NCBI GenBank assembly: GCA_963766645.1
Contig: CAVYAY010000003.1
Coordinates: 759,221-823,220, forward strand
DNA: 64,000 bases
Reading direction: 5' to 3'
Source: an uncultured Chloroflexia bacterium
GTDB lineage: Bacteria; Chloroflexota; Dehalococcoidia; DSTF01; WHTK01
Both the position numbers and the translations under genes were made by a program. This document shows, piece after piece, positions 9,925-20,169 of the stretch. The stretch's first letter is position 1, and each line of letters starts with the position of its first letter. Under the pieces are notes generated by a model. That model was not told the DNA's origin. It searched no databases and saw nothing but the letters and a program-made list of their open reading frames with translations.

Positions 9925-10824
9925 ATGGCAGTAAGACCAGCACCAGCCTGGAGCACCGGCCTGCAGGAGGTCGGGCCCAACACCTACGCCTACCTACAGC
10001 ACGATGGCAGCTGGGGCATCAGCAACGCCGGTTTTCTCGCAGGCGACGATGGGCTGCTCGTTATCGACGCCACAATGGTTGCCGCCATGGCGGAGGCTTT
10101 CATCCAGGAGATCAGGCGCATCTCCTTCAAGCCATTCCGGCACCTGATCAACACGCATAGCCACCCCGACCACACGGGCGGCAACAGGCTGTTCACGGGC
10201 GCGGAGATCATCAGCCATCGCATCTGCCGCGAGGAGATGGCGGGGACGTGGTCCCGGCCACCAGCGGGTGGGTTGCCGGGAGGTCCGATGAGTCTAATGC
10301 CCAGGACGCCCGCGCTCGAGCGAATGTTCGAGATGGTTGCAAACGACCCAGACCGCCATATTCCCCTTCCCAACGTCACGTATGAAGACAGCCTCACGCT
10401 CCACTACGGTGAGACGGAAGTCCAGCTCCTCTATTACGGTCCCGCGCATACGTTCGGCGACACGCTGGTCTATTTTCCGCAATCGAAGGTACTGTTCGCG
10501 GGAGACGTCGCATTCTTCTACTCGATGCCGCTTGTGGGGGGCAAAGTCGGCGGTTGGCTTGAGGTCATCGACCGGATCAAGGACCTTGACGTCGAGCTGA
10601 TCGTCCCCGGCCATGGGCCTGCTGGAGGCGAGCAAGAGCTAGAGGATGAGCGCGAGTATTTTGAATTCGTGATGGAGCAGTCACGCACGTATTTCGACCG
10701 TGGGATGACGCCCGAGGAGGCGGTCAACGAGATAGACCTGGGACCTTACGCCGAGTGGCCGGAGTCGGAACGCTTCATCGCCAATGTCGCGGTCGCCTAC
10801 CGTGAGCTGCGCGGCGAGCTTTGA
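9925..10824 (+). CDS. MBL-fold metallo-hydrolase
   Basis: HSHPDHTGG (HxHxDH) motif, ..GDTLVYF.., ..VPGHGP.. downstream His; 299 aa intact. Confidence 0.85.
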   Translation: MAVRPAPAWSTGLQEVGPNTYAYLQHDGSWGISNAGFLAGDDGLLVIDATMVAAMAEAFIQEIRRISFKPFRHLINTHSHPDHTGGNRLFTGAEIISHRICREEMAGTWSRPPAGGLPGGPMSLMPRTPALERMFEMVANDPDRHIPLPNVTYEDSLTLHYGETEVQLLYYGPAHTFGDTLVYFPQSKVLFAGDVAFFYSMPLVGGKVGGWLEVIDRIKDLDVELIVPGHGPAGGEQELEDEREYFEFVMEQSRTYFDRGMTPEEAVNEIDLGPYAEWPESERFIANVAVAYRELRGEL

Positions 10825-10899
10825 TGCGGAACCATACGAATAAGGGAGGAATAAGAAAAGCAATGCCGGGTCCATTGGTGAGACGAGTGATAACCGGAC

Positions 10900-11325
10900 A
10901 TGATTGCAGACGGGCTCGCAAATGTCCAGACGGACGAGGTCACGCGGGGTGAGCGCTTCACCCTCATCTGGACAACAGAAGGCTTTCCCGTGGATAACAC
11001 CGATCTCCGCGATGGGGGCAAGCGGGAGATCGGCATTACGTTACCTCGTGGCACGGTGTTTCGTGTGGGCGAGATTGCACCAGGGGTCAGATCACCCATG
11101 CATCGTACGAATTCGGTCGACTACGGCATCGTCCTCGAAGGCGAGCTCGATATGGAGATGGATGGCGGCGATCGGGTCCATCTCGCGGTAGGCGATGTGG
11201 TCGTTCAACGAGGCACGAACCACGCCTGGATTAACGACGGAGACACGCCCGCCAAGATGGCGTGGATCCTGATCGATGCCGAACCAGTCCGCATCGGTGA
11301 CCAGGTATTAGAGCCAACCGTATGA
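10900..11325 (+). CDS. Cupin domain protein
   Basis: ..PMHRTNSVDYGIVLEGELDMEMDGG..VGDVVVQRGTNHAW.. cupin two-motif pattern. Confidence 0.65.
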   Translation: MIADGLANVQTDEVTRGERFTLIWTTEGFPVDNTDLRDGGKREIGITLPRGTVFRVGEIAPGVRSPMHRTNSVDYGIVLEGELDMEMDGGDRVHLAVGDVVVQRGTNHAWINDGDTPAKMAWILIDAEPVRIGDQVLEPTV

Positions 11326-11337
11326 ATCCGAGCCAAG

Positions 11338-12028
11338 ATGGATAAGGTCTTCGATAGCCCAGCTGCAGCCATCCATGACGTTGCCAGATGGCGCGACCAT
11401 CATGTTCGGCGGCTTCGTCTCAGCAGGCAGTCCGACGAACCTGATCCTCGCGCTGCGCGAGAAGGGGACGAAGAACCTCACCGGCATCGCCAACAACATC
11501 GGCCTCGGCGACAAGCTGGACATCCTCTGCGAGAAGAAGCAGCTGCGCAAGATGATCGCGTCCTTCGCTGTCCGCGCCTCGGCCAAGCGCCAGAGCCTGT
11601 TCGAACAGCTCTACGCCAAGGGTGAGGTGGAGCTTGAGCTGGTGCCGCAGGGCACGCTGGCCGAGCGCATCCGCGCCGGCGGCGCAGGCATCCCGGCCTT
11701 CTACACGCCAACCGGCGTCGGTACCGTCGTTGCCGAGGGCAAGCGCGTCGAGAGCTTCGATGGTCGCGAGTACCTCATGGAGCGCGCCCTGATCGCCGAC
11801 TTCGCCTTCATCCGGGCCTACAAGGCCGACCGCCTGGGCAATCTTGTCTACCGCAAGGCATCGCGCAACTTCAACGAGATCATGGCCACAGCGGCCCGCA
11901 TCACCATCGCCGAGGTCGAGGAGATCGTCGAGCCAGGCGAGCTGGATCCCGAAGCCATCGTGACGCCGGCCGTGTTCGTCGACCGCATCGTACAGGCGCC
12001 CGCTCATGACGTCCGCTGGTTTAACTAG
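11338..12028 (+). CDS. 3-oxoacid CoA-transferase subunit A (ScoA/PcaI/AtoD-like), frameshift near codon 13
   Basis: MDKVFDSPAAAIHDV.. then, in another frame, ..PDGATIMFGGF..GIANNIGLGD.. (frames 11338 and 11375 differ). Confidence 0.8.
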
Positions 12029-12673
12029 GGAGCTGATCGCGCTGCGCGTCGCGCGCGAGCTGAAGGATGGCATGGTCGTCAACCTCGGCATCGGCCTGCC
12101 GACGCTGGTCGCGAACTTCCTGCCGGCAGGACGCCGACCATCCTGCTGCACGCCGAGAACGGCATCCTGGGTTACGGCGGCATCGTCGTGGACGAGGCGG
12201 AGTTCGACCAGGACCTGATCAACGCCGGCGGACAGCCGGTGACGCTTGCACCAGGCGCCTCGTTCTTCGACAGCGCAACGTCTTTCGCCATGATCCGCGG
12301 CGGCCACGTCGACATTACGGTGCTGGGCGGGCTGCAGGTCTCCGCGAAGGGCGACCTGGCGAACTGGGCTGTTGCCGGCCGTGGCGGCGGCGCCATCGGC
12401 GGGGCGATGGACCTCGCGGCGGGCGCAGGGCGTGTCATCGTCGCGATGGAGCACACGACGCGCGAAGGCGAGCCGCGCATCCTGGAAGCGTGCACCTATC
12501 CGCTGACGGCCGAGCGCTGCGTCGACCTCATCGTCACGAACCTGGCTGTGATCGAGGTGACTGGCGAGGGGCTCGCGCTGCGTGAGCTTGCGCCCGGAGT
12601 GGATGCCGACGAAGTGCAGACGGCGACCGCGGCGAGGCTTACCAAGAACGACGTAAGAACCATGGACCTTTAA
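12006..12673 (+). CDS. 3-oxoacid CoA-transferase subunit B (ScoB/PcaJ/AtoA-like), frameshift near 12130
   Basis: ..LKDGMVVNLGIGLPTL.. then ..ENGILGYGG..GASFFDSATSFAMIRGGHVDITVLGGLQVS..GDLANW.. in a second frame. Confidence 0.8.
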
Positions 12674-12695
12674 TCCGCCTTTCTGGAGGGGTGAC

Positions 12696-13837
12696 ATGAA
12701 CAGCGAGACCAAAGGCGGAGCCAGACCCTACGAGCGGACCATGTCGGCAGCTTCTTGCGTCCGCCGGAAGTACTGGATGCCCGGCGAAAGTTCGACGCAG
12801 GTGAGCTTTCGGAGCCGCAACTGACGTGAGGCCGAAGATCAGGCAATCCTGAAAGTCCTCAGGTTCAGAGAGACGCCGGTCTGGAAATATTCAGCGATGG
12901 CGAGTACCGCAGAACCATCTACTCCGGCGCGCTCGACGAGTCGCTGGAAGGGTTGGTTATCGGTGAGGAGGACATGGGTCACCAGCGCTGAACGTTGGCA
13001 TGGAGCCGACCCGTCCACGGCGGCAGAGGTGATCAAGAGATCAGGCCGATGAGGCTGGTTGCCGGCGCCCGCCTCAAGCAAGTCGCCGCCTCGCAGGTCA
13101 CGAGGCCGGCTTCCTCAAGCAACACTCACCAGGGCCTTGGAAGATAACGATTACACCGCCGAATGCGGGCCTGCTCTGGAAGCCCGGCGTCAGCGACAAG
13201 CACTACGACTCTAAAGGTGAGCTCAAGTCCCAACTGACGCAGATGTACCGGGACGAGATCGCCGCACTGATTAGGGATGGAGCGTCCTACGTCCAACTCG
13301 ATTCGTTGGGCTATGTCATGCGATTTGCCGGACAGGAGGTAGAGCAGGCAGCCATGAAGGAATGGTGGCCGCCGACAACGCGCTCATCGATGGACTCAAA
13401 CAGGACAGCGTCACGTTTGGGCTCCACATGTGCCGCGGAAACAATCGTGGCAACTGGCTTTCCGAGGCCACCTACGAGCCTGCGGCCGAGGTGGCCTTCC
13501 CGGCCTCCACGTCGACCGCTTTCTGCTGGAGTACGACGAGCGAGCGAGCGGGGGGCTTCGAGCCCTGCGCTTTGTACCGAGCGACAAGATCGTCGCGCTG
13601 GGCTTTATCAGCACCAAGACGCCGAAGCTCGAAACACAGGACCTCTGCTTAGCGCGCATCGATGAGACATCGAAGTACGTCCCTCTGGAGAATCTGGCTT
13701 TGGCACCTCAATGCGGTTTCGCCTCGGTCATGCACGGCAATCCCCTAAGCTGGGACGACCAGCGACGCAAACTCGAGCTGCTGGTGAGTACGGCCAGGAA
13801 AGGTCTGGGGGTAAAGGCGGGACCATGGAGGACGTAG
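12696..13837 (+). CDS. MetE-like (cobalamin-independent methionine synthase II family) protein, at least 4 frameshifts
   Basis: GGAGGGG RBS + ATG 12696; family pieces in several frames: ..PYERTMSAAS (=PYRADHVGSFLRP after a shift), ..GLHMCRGNNRG.., ..LALAPQCGFASVMHGNPL.. C-terminal zinc-site motif. Confidence 0.6.
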
Positions 13838-15005
13838 TACTAGTTAGCGGCGCCCGGACGGCCATCGGCCGCTTCCAGGGCGCCTTCGCCGAGACTCCCG
13901 CGTCGGACCTCGCCGCGGCCGTGATCAAGGCCGCAGTCGAGCGCGGCGGCCTGCAGCGCGGAGCAGGTCGACCAGGTCGTTCTCGGCTGCGTCGGCCAGG
14001 TGATGGAGGACGCCTATATCGCTCGACACGCCGCCGTGAAGGCCGGGCTGCCGATCGAGGTGCCGGCCTACACGGTCAACCGCATCTGCGGCTCCGGCCT
14101 GGAGGCGATCAACACGGCGGCGCGCTGGATCGAGTGCGGCGACGCCGAAGATCGTCGTCGCAGGCGGCGCCGAGAACATGACGCGCTTGCCGCACTACCT
14201 GCGCGGCGCTCGCATCGGGCTACCGGCTGGGCGACGGCTCGCTGGAGGACGGCATCCTGCACGTCCTCAGCGACCCGTTCAACCGCTACCACATGGGCGT
14301 CACGGCCGAGAACCTCGCCGCCGAGTTCGAGATCTCACGCGAGGTGCAGGACGAATTCGCGCTGCGCAGCCAGCAGCGCGCTGCCGCTGCGATCGAGGCC
14401 GGCCGTTTCCGCGACGAGATCGTGCCGGTGGAGGTGAAGCGGGGCCGCGAGACAGTCGTCATCGACCGCGATGAGCACCCGCGCGAGACCTCGGCGGAGG
14501 CGCTGGCCAAGCTGTCGCCGGCGTTCAAGGAGGGCGGCAGCGTCACGGCAGGCAACGCCAGCGGCATCAACGACGGCGCTGCGGCGGTCGTGCTGATGTC
14601 CAGCCGCGAAGGCCCGCGAGCTGGGCCTCAGCCCGAAGCTGCGCCTGGTCGCCCGCGCTGAGGCCGGCGTTCGGCCGGAGATCATGGGATCCGGGCCGAT
14701 TCCTGCGGTGCAGAAGGCGCTCGCGAAGGCAGGCCTCACGGTCGACGACCTCGACGTCGATCGAGCTGAACGAGGCTTTCGGCTCTGTGGCCGCGGCGTG
14801 CAGCCTCACGCTCGGCCTCGACCCGAGAAGGTGAACCCCAACGGCGGCGCCATCGCGCTCGGCCATCCCGGTCGGCGCTTCCGGCGCCATTCTGGCCGTC
14901 AAGCTGATGTACGAACTGGAGCGCCGCAAGGGCCGCTACGGGCTCGTCACGCTCTGCATCGGCGGCGGGCAGGGCATCGCAACGATCTTCGAGCGCATCG
15001 GTTAA
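13825..15005 (+). CDS. Acetyl-CoA C-acyltransferase (thiolase; PcaF/FadA-like), multiple frameshifts
   Basis: [21 protein letters not shown].., ..[11 protein letters not shown].., ..[14 protein letters not shown] thiolase hallmarks distributed over 3 frames. Confidence 0.8.
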
Positions 15006-15015
15006 GGAGAAGACA

Positions 15016-16037
15016 GTGAAGGTAGCCGTTTACGGACCGGAGCGCCGGGTTGGCATTCTTGAAGGCGAGGACGTGGTCGACGCAGAGGGAGCCTACGCCA
15101 AGTTTGCGCAGGAGATCAGAATCATCCGGCGCCTTACAGGACGGCCGCTGCGACTACACCGGCAGACCTCGAGGCTTTTATCCAGCTCGGCGATCAAGCC
15201 TAGAAGGCGCACAGGAAGCGATTGAGATTTAAGGAATCGCGCGGCGGACCAGGCTGGGCCTCATGGCGAGCCGATTGTCTTCCCGCTTTCGGAAACGAGG
15301 CTTCGCGCGCCGCTGGCCCATCGCGGCGTCAAGCTGTGTATGGCGGCGCTAATTATGCCGATCACCTCTTCGACATGATGCGGGCGCAGGACCCCAACGT
15401 GACGATGGAGCAGGTCAAAGAACGATCGCGGGAGCGGGGAATCGGCGGGTTCTGGAAGATGCCTTCATTCGTGGCGGATCCGGAGCAAGACATCGTCTAT
15501 CCAGAGAGGACCCGGTTACCTCGACTATGAAGGCGAGGTCACATGTCATCGGGAAGACGGCAAGACGCCAAGGGCGGGGATTTGCATGGACCATATCTGG
15601 GGCTACACGCTGCAGAACGACTGGTCCGCCCGCGACCAGCGTGACAACGCCGTCGGGCACGCTGTCGTTCGCCGGCATGAAGAATTGGGATGGCTCATCG
15701 TCGATTGGCCCCTGCATCGTCGTCGGGGAGCTCAAGGACCCGCAGAACGTCGACTTTCAGACCAGGGTCAATGGCGGACTCAGGCAGAACGGAAACACTG
15801 GCGGCATGACGTTCAGTTTCGCGGAGTACCTGGAATACGCGACGCGCGACGTCACTTTCGCTGCCGGCGACATGATTGCCGCAGGTACCTGCAAGGGCAC
15901 GGCGATGGACTCAACACCACGGATCGAAGGGGGCAGCTTCGAGAACGACAAGCTGTTCTTGAAGGTCGGCGACGTGGTCGAGGTTTCGTCACCAACAGAT
16001 CGGCGTCCTCCGAAACCGCATCGTGGCGAAGGTTTAA
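15016..16037 (+). CDS. FAH-family hydrolase, second copy (GTG start after AAGGAGA), frameshifted
   Basis: VKVAVYGPERRVGILEGEDVVD.. N-terminus; ..GDMIAAGTCKGTA.., C-terminal ..LKVGDVVEVSSPTIGVLRNRIVAKV* recoverable in an alternate frame ending at 16037. Confidence 0.6.
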
Positions 16038-16112
16038 TGCCCGCGCATTTGATAACGACTGCAAACAAAGCGCCACCAAACCGCCCTGTCGGGAGAAGGT
16101 TACGTCGAGAGC

Positions 16113-16146
16113 GATTTAGCTACCATCGAACAAACATCGGGGTGAT
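16113..16146 (-). repeat. Repeat copy 1: diverged dnaN 3'-terminal fragment (encodes ..PITPMFVRW-TAG on the minus strand); candidate att/integration-site repeat
   Basis: accatCgaacaaacatcgg matches 27297-27315 at 18/19 positions; the extended 34 nt matches the inverted copy at 21797-21829. Confidence 0.6.
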
Positions 16147-16403
16147 TGGCGCCCATGGTGTAGTCTATGGCAAAATTTGGTCGTCTCTCAGGTCAGAGAG
16201 ACCGCCAACTCAAATGGTACACCCGGCTTTTGATCGTCATTGAACGCAGATGCCGATGGTCATCTACTGGTGAGTACTTCGAGACAACCTTGCTGATCGC
16301 ATCCCCCACCTTGGCGGCAACGATCGACAGCCGGAAGGCTTCACTCGGCGCGGCAGCTCCGCCCTTGCCCGGTTGCTAATCTATGCCTAAATCACAGAGC
16401 TAA

Positions 16404-17880
16404 TCACCTGCCTGTCAGCATCGCGATGGCTCGTGACCACTGTTCGTAACCGCTTCGTGCATCGCCGGGCTCGCCGGGGAGAAAACGCGTGGCCTCGCGG
16501 CGGAGCGAAGCGATCGCGTCTTCGTCACGCCATAAACCGACCGACAAGCCGGCAAGATAGGCAGCGCCCAGGGCGGAAGTGTCCACCGACACGGGCCGCG
16601 ACAACGGCTTGCCTGATGTCGGCCTGCAGCAGCATCAGGCGGTTATTAGCAGCCGCGCCGCCATCTATACGCAGGCTCGCAACTCTGTAGACCGCTATCG
16701 GCTCCGATTACCTCCAGAACGTCCTGGGCCTGGTAATCATCGCATCGACCGCAGCACGCACGATGTGGGCGGCCTGGGTGCCACCCGTGAGGCCCGTCAT
16801 CGTGCCTCGGACATCCGGCGCCCAATACGGTGAGCCCAAACCCGCGAAGGCGGGGACAAACACGACGCCGCCGCTGTTCTCCACCGAGTCCGCCAGCCTG
16901 GTACCTTCGGCGTAGTCGTCGAAGAGATGCAGGTTGTCACGGCACTATTGCAGCGCTGCACCTGCAATGAAGACCGAGCCCTCGAGCGCGTAGCCGGGGC
17001 GGCCGTGCTCCGTGTTAGCTGTGAGGGTCGTCAACAGCCCCGCGCTGTGGTCCACGCGATCCTTGCGAGTGGCGGTCAGGATGAAGCAGCCGGTGCCATA
17101 CGTGATTTTTGTAGCGCCCGCTTTGAAGCAGCACTGACCGAAGAGGGCGGCCTGCTGGTGGCCAGCCAGTGCCGCGATAGGGATGCCAACGGGGAGTCCT
17201 TCGGCTGACGTATGACCACGGACGGAGGCAGAGGGGGACACAGTAGGCAAGCAAGCTCGAGTTAGACCCAAGACGGCGAGCAGTTGATCGTCCCAATCCA
17301 GCCCATCGATGTCGTAGTAGAGCGTGCGGCTCGCGTTGGTCGGGTCTGTCGAGAACACGGCACCTTTGCTCAATTGCCAGGCCAGCCAGGTATCCACCGT
17401 GCCGAAGCAGACGTCGCCGGCTGCGACGCGACCCGCGAGGGTCGGAGCGGAGCGCATGAGCCAGAGCGCCTTGGTGCCGCTGAAGTAGGGGTCCAGCCTC
17501 AGTCCCGTCTTCTTACGAACCGTAGATTCCCAACCCTGGGCAATGAGCTCCTGGCAAATCGGCTCGGAACGGCGGCATTGCCAGACGATCGCCCGATGCA
17601 GCGGCGCCCCGGTTGAGCGGTCCCAGACGACGAGCGTCTCACGCTGGTTGGCGATGCCGAGAGCGATGGGTTGGGAATCAGGCGAGTTGGCGAGTGCCTG
17701 CTGGGTCGCCTGCACAACAGCCTTCCAAATTTCCGTGGCGTCTTGCTCGACCCATCCGGGCTGCGGGTAATACTGCGGCACCTCCTGGTAACCGCGTGCC
17801 AGAATCTCGCCGGCCTGGTCGACGAGGAGCGTTGTTCTTCCCGTCGTCCCGGCGTCGATGGCGAGGATCGCTTCTGCCAT
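16404..17880 (-). CDS. glpK: Glycerol kinase, frameshifted in the C-terminal third
   Basis: N-terminal 311 aa intact (..AIDAGTTGRTTL.., ..TYGTGCF..), C-terminal ..DTSALGAAYLAGLSVGLWRD.. in ORF 16404..16604. Confidence 0.85.
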
Positions 17881-17883
17881 AGG

Positions 17884-18669
17884 TCAGGTATGCTTTTCCA
17901 GCCAGGCAGCCATGTCGCCGAGGACCTGCAGGTGCTCCGGCTCGTTGAAGATCTCGTGGAGTAGGTCCGGGTACAGCTTCAGCGTCTTGTCCTCGGAAGC
18001 CACCACCTCATAGAGGGCCTCGCTGCGAGGCCCATCACCGAGTGGTGATGCTGCTCCGGCCATTATCAGGATTGGCAGCTTGATCGTCTTCGCCAGGTCG
18101 GGCAGCGCCTCGCGCATCTGAGCCATCGCGGACTCGCGCCCCGTGGGTAAGGGTCCATGGTAGACCAGCGGGTCATCACGGTATGCTTGTGCGACGGCCG
18201 GGTCTCGGCTCAGGGTTTCCGAAAGATCGAGGCCGGCGGGCCTTAGTGGTGCTCGATCGGTTGCGAGTCCTCCGCCCGACAAAATAGTCCCTGCCAGCGC
18301 CTCCTGGTAGCGAGCGGTAAACGCCGTGCTGATCGAAGCGCCCATGCTATGGCCCACCAAGAAGACGTCCTGGCCGGGCTCGCGACTCATCACCAATTCA
18401 AGGAAGGTCTTCAGGTCGTCAACGTATTCGTTGTAGCTTTCGACCACCACACGCTCACCGTCAGAGCGCCCATGACCCCTGTGGTCAAGGGCGTAAATCG
18501 TGTAGCCCTGGGGTACGAAGTAATCGACGACGTTCTGATAGCGCCCGCTGTGCTCGCCGAAGCCGTGCGCGATTAGCAGGACCGCCTTGGCTTCGCCATC
18601 CGGCTTCCAGGACTGCCAGTAGATGCTGTAGTCCTCGATCCCCTTGAACAACCCTTCTTCATGCTGCAT
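17884..18669 (-). CDS. Alpha/beta hydrolase, monoacylglycerol lipase / lysophospholipase-like
   Basis: ..LIAHGFGEHSGRY.., GHSMG nucleophile elbow, 261 aa intact; GGAAGG RBS upstream. Confidence 0.8.
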   Translation of the reverse strand: MQHEEGLFKGIEDYSIYWQSWKPDGEAKAVLLIAHGFGEHSGRYQNVVDYFVPQGYTIYALDHRGHGRSDGERVVVESYNEYVDDLKTFLELVMSREPGQDVFLVGHSMGASISTAFTARYQEALAGTILSGGGLATDRAPLRPAGLDLSETLSRDPAVAQAYRDDPLVYHGPLPTGRESAMAQMREALPDLAKTIKLPILIMAGAASPLGDGPRSEALYEVVASEDKTLKLYPDLLHEIFNEPEHLQVLGDMAAWLEKHT

Positions 18670-18719
18670 GGAGCGTCAATCCTTCCGTTGCGAAATCTTG
18701 CCGGGCCGAGCCTTAGGAC

Positions 18720-19056
18720 TTACCCAGTGGCGCTTGCGTCGGGTCGACCCATTGAGCTGTAGTTGTGCCAGACGTGACGCACGCCGGCCGAGGTCTGGTG
18801 CGGGTCGAGGCCCAGCGGCACCGGCTGCGCCGACTTGATTACGCCAGGACGCTTCAGCTCCTTGGTTTCGTCGGTAATCGGGCTGATCAGACTCGACGCA
18901 GGTTCTTTTCCGTTACCAGAGTCGCCATCGCTGCCCCCACATGCCCAAGGAACGCCGCTCCGGCGCCAGCCGCCGAGAGACTCATAGCTCGACGGCGGGT
19001 AGTAAGGCTCTTTGCCAGTTGTTATCAGACACGCTCGCCCTCCTTCGCTGTCCGAG
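18720..19056 (-). CDS. Hypothetical small protein upstream of the lipase (112 codons, no in-frame ATG; AAGGAGG + GTG is 1 nt out of frame, a possible indel)
   Basis: Open frame with GC3 about 75% (coding-like) and no ATG start; no recognisable domain. Confidence 0.2.
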
Positions 19057-19113
19057 CATGTTTATGCGCCTGCGCATAGATAGCACAACATCGTCAGACT
19101 GGCAAGCTGTTGA

Positions 19114-20076
19114 CTAATCGTCAGTAAGCAATGCCTCGGCCGTGAATCGGTCCGTTACCAGGACGTTGACGAGGCGCCCGCACAGGGCGGCGGCAATGGC
19201 CGGGAGCTTACGGGCTCCACCAGCGACGGCCACGCAACGCGGCACGCGGGCCAGTTCAGGCAGGCCGATGCCGATAACTCGCTCCATCATGGTATCGCTT
19301 AGAGGTCGCCCTTGAGCGTTGAAGAAACGCAGGCAGATGTCGCCGACGGCACCCGCCGCTTCTAGCCCACTGATCTCGGCGTGAGAGAAGACGTTTCCGC
19401 TGCTCGCGAGCAAACGCGATGGCTCTGGCACGCCGATCCCCACCAGCGCGACCGTAAGGTGGTTGAACGTCGACATCGTTTCGGTGACGAAGCGGTCCTC
19501 GCGCAACGCAGCGGCGCTTTCGGCCGAGCCGGCGATTCCAGGGCTCGGCAGGAATACGGCCTCGCCATGCAGGAGGTCTGCGAGCCGGTTAGTCAGGCGT
19601 GCCGCGTGGACGGGCGCGGAAGGACTGCCGATGCCGCCTAGGATCTGCACTACCTTGATTCCCTTGAGGCCGGCAACCGGGCTCATGGCGTCAACGGTTG
19701 CCAGGAGGGACTGGCTCCAGGACATGATGCCTACCATGTCATCAGAACGCAGCGTCGTTTCGAGGTAGTAGGCAGCAGCGGATCCCAGCCGGGGCAGCAC
19801 GTCTTCGTCCGCGTCCGACGCTGCGTCCGTGACCAGGGCGAGTTTCAGGCCGAAGCGATGGCGCAGCGCGTCCTCAAGCTCAGGGAAGACGTCCGGCGGC
19901 GTCGAGATGCTGATGCGGACGACGTTCTCTTCTTCGGCCTTGCTCAACAAGCGAGAAACGCGGCTCTGCGTCATGCTGAGCCGGAGGGCGATCTCGGGCT
20001 GGCGCAAGTGCTCCAGGTAGTACATGCGAGCCACCCGCGTCATGAGTCGGAGTTCTTCGCGGCTCGAGGGACTCAA
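19114..20076 (-). CDS. SorC/DeoR-family sugar-binding transcriptional regulator
   Basis: N-terminal HTH (..LSMTQSRVSRLL..) plus a sugar-phosphate-binding domain of about 250 aa; divergent from glpD. Confidence 0.85.
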   Translation of the reverse strand: MSPSSREELRLMTRVARMYYLEHLRQPEIALRLSMTQSRVSRLLSKAEEENVVRISISTPPDVFPELEDALRHRFGLKLALVTDAASDADEDVLPRLGSAAAYYLETTLRSDDMVGIMSWSQSLLATVDAMSPVAGLKGIKVVQILGGIGSPSAPVHAARLTNRLADLLHGEAVFLPSPGIAGSAESAAALREDRFVTETMSTFNHLTVALVGIGVPEPSRLLASSGNVFSHAEISGLEAAGAVGDICLRFFNAQGRPLSDTMMERVIGIGLPELARVPRCVAVAGGARKLPAIAAALCGRLVNVLVTDRFTAEALLTDD

Positions 20077-20105
20077 CCGGCGCTCCGTGTCATATTCAGC
20101 CCCCG

Positions 20106-20139
20106 CTGCATGATAATGCAGACCTGCATAGGGTTGCAG
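20106..20139. promoter_or_regulatory. Two adjacent palindromes (CTGCATgataATGCAG and CTGCAtagggtTGCAG) in the sorC/glpD divergent promoter region; candidate operator
   Basis: Seen directly; related half-site CTGCGCATAG near 19063; assignment to the SorC regulator is inference. Confidence 0.3.
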
Positions 20140-20169
20140 CAGACTCCCAATCGCCCGTAGCCTTGAACC

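Noticed and set aside
11420-12712. 430-aa ORF on the minus strand
   Set aside because: It is entirely antisense to the well-supported CoA-transferase A/B genes. It has low-complexity Arg/Ala/Gly-rich composition typical of spurious antisense frames in high-GC DNA.
16141-16225. Possible tRNA/sRNA (GGGTG...CACCC closing stem plus a 7-bp hairpin gtctctc-aggtca-gagagac, followed by CTTTT)
   Set aside because: There is no T-loop (GTTCGAATC-like) or D-loop signature, and the acceptor stem does not form. It is retained only as an unexplained hairpin next to repeat copy 1, possibly a terminator for the upstream FAH gene.
18765-19079. 104-aa plus-strand ORF between the lipase and sorC genes
   Set aside because: It is antisense to the better-supported coding-like frame (18720..19056, GC3 about 75%) and Arg-rich. 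It was judged spurious.
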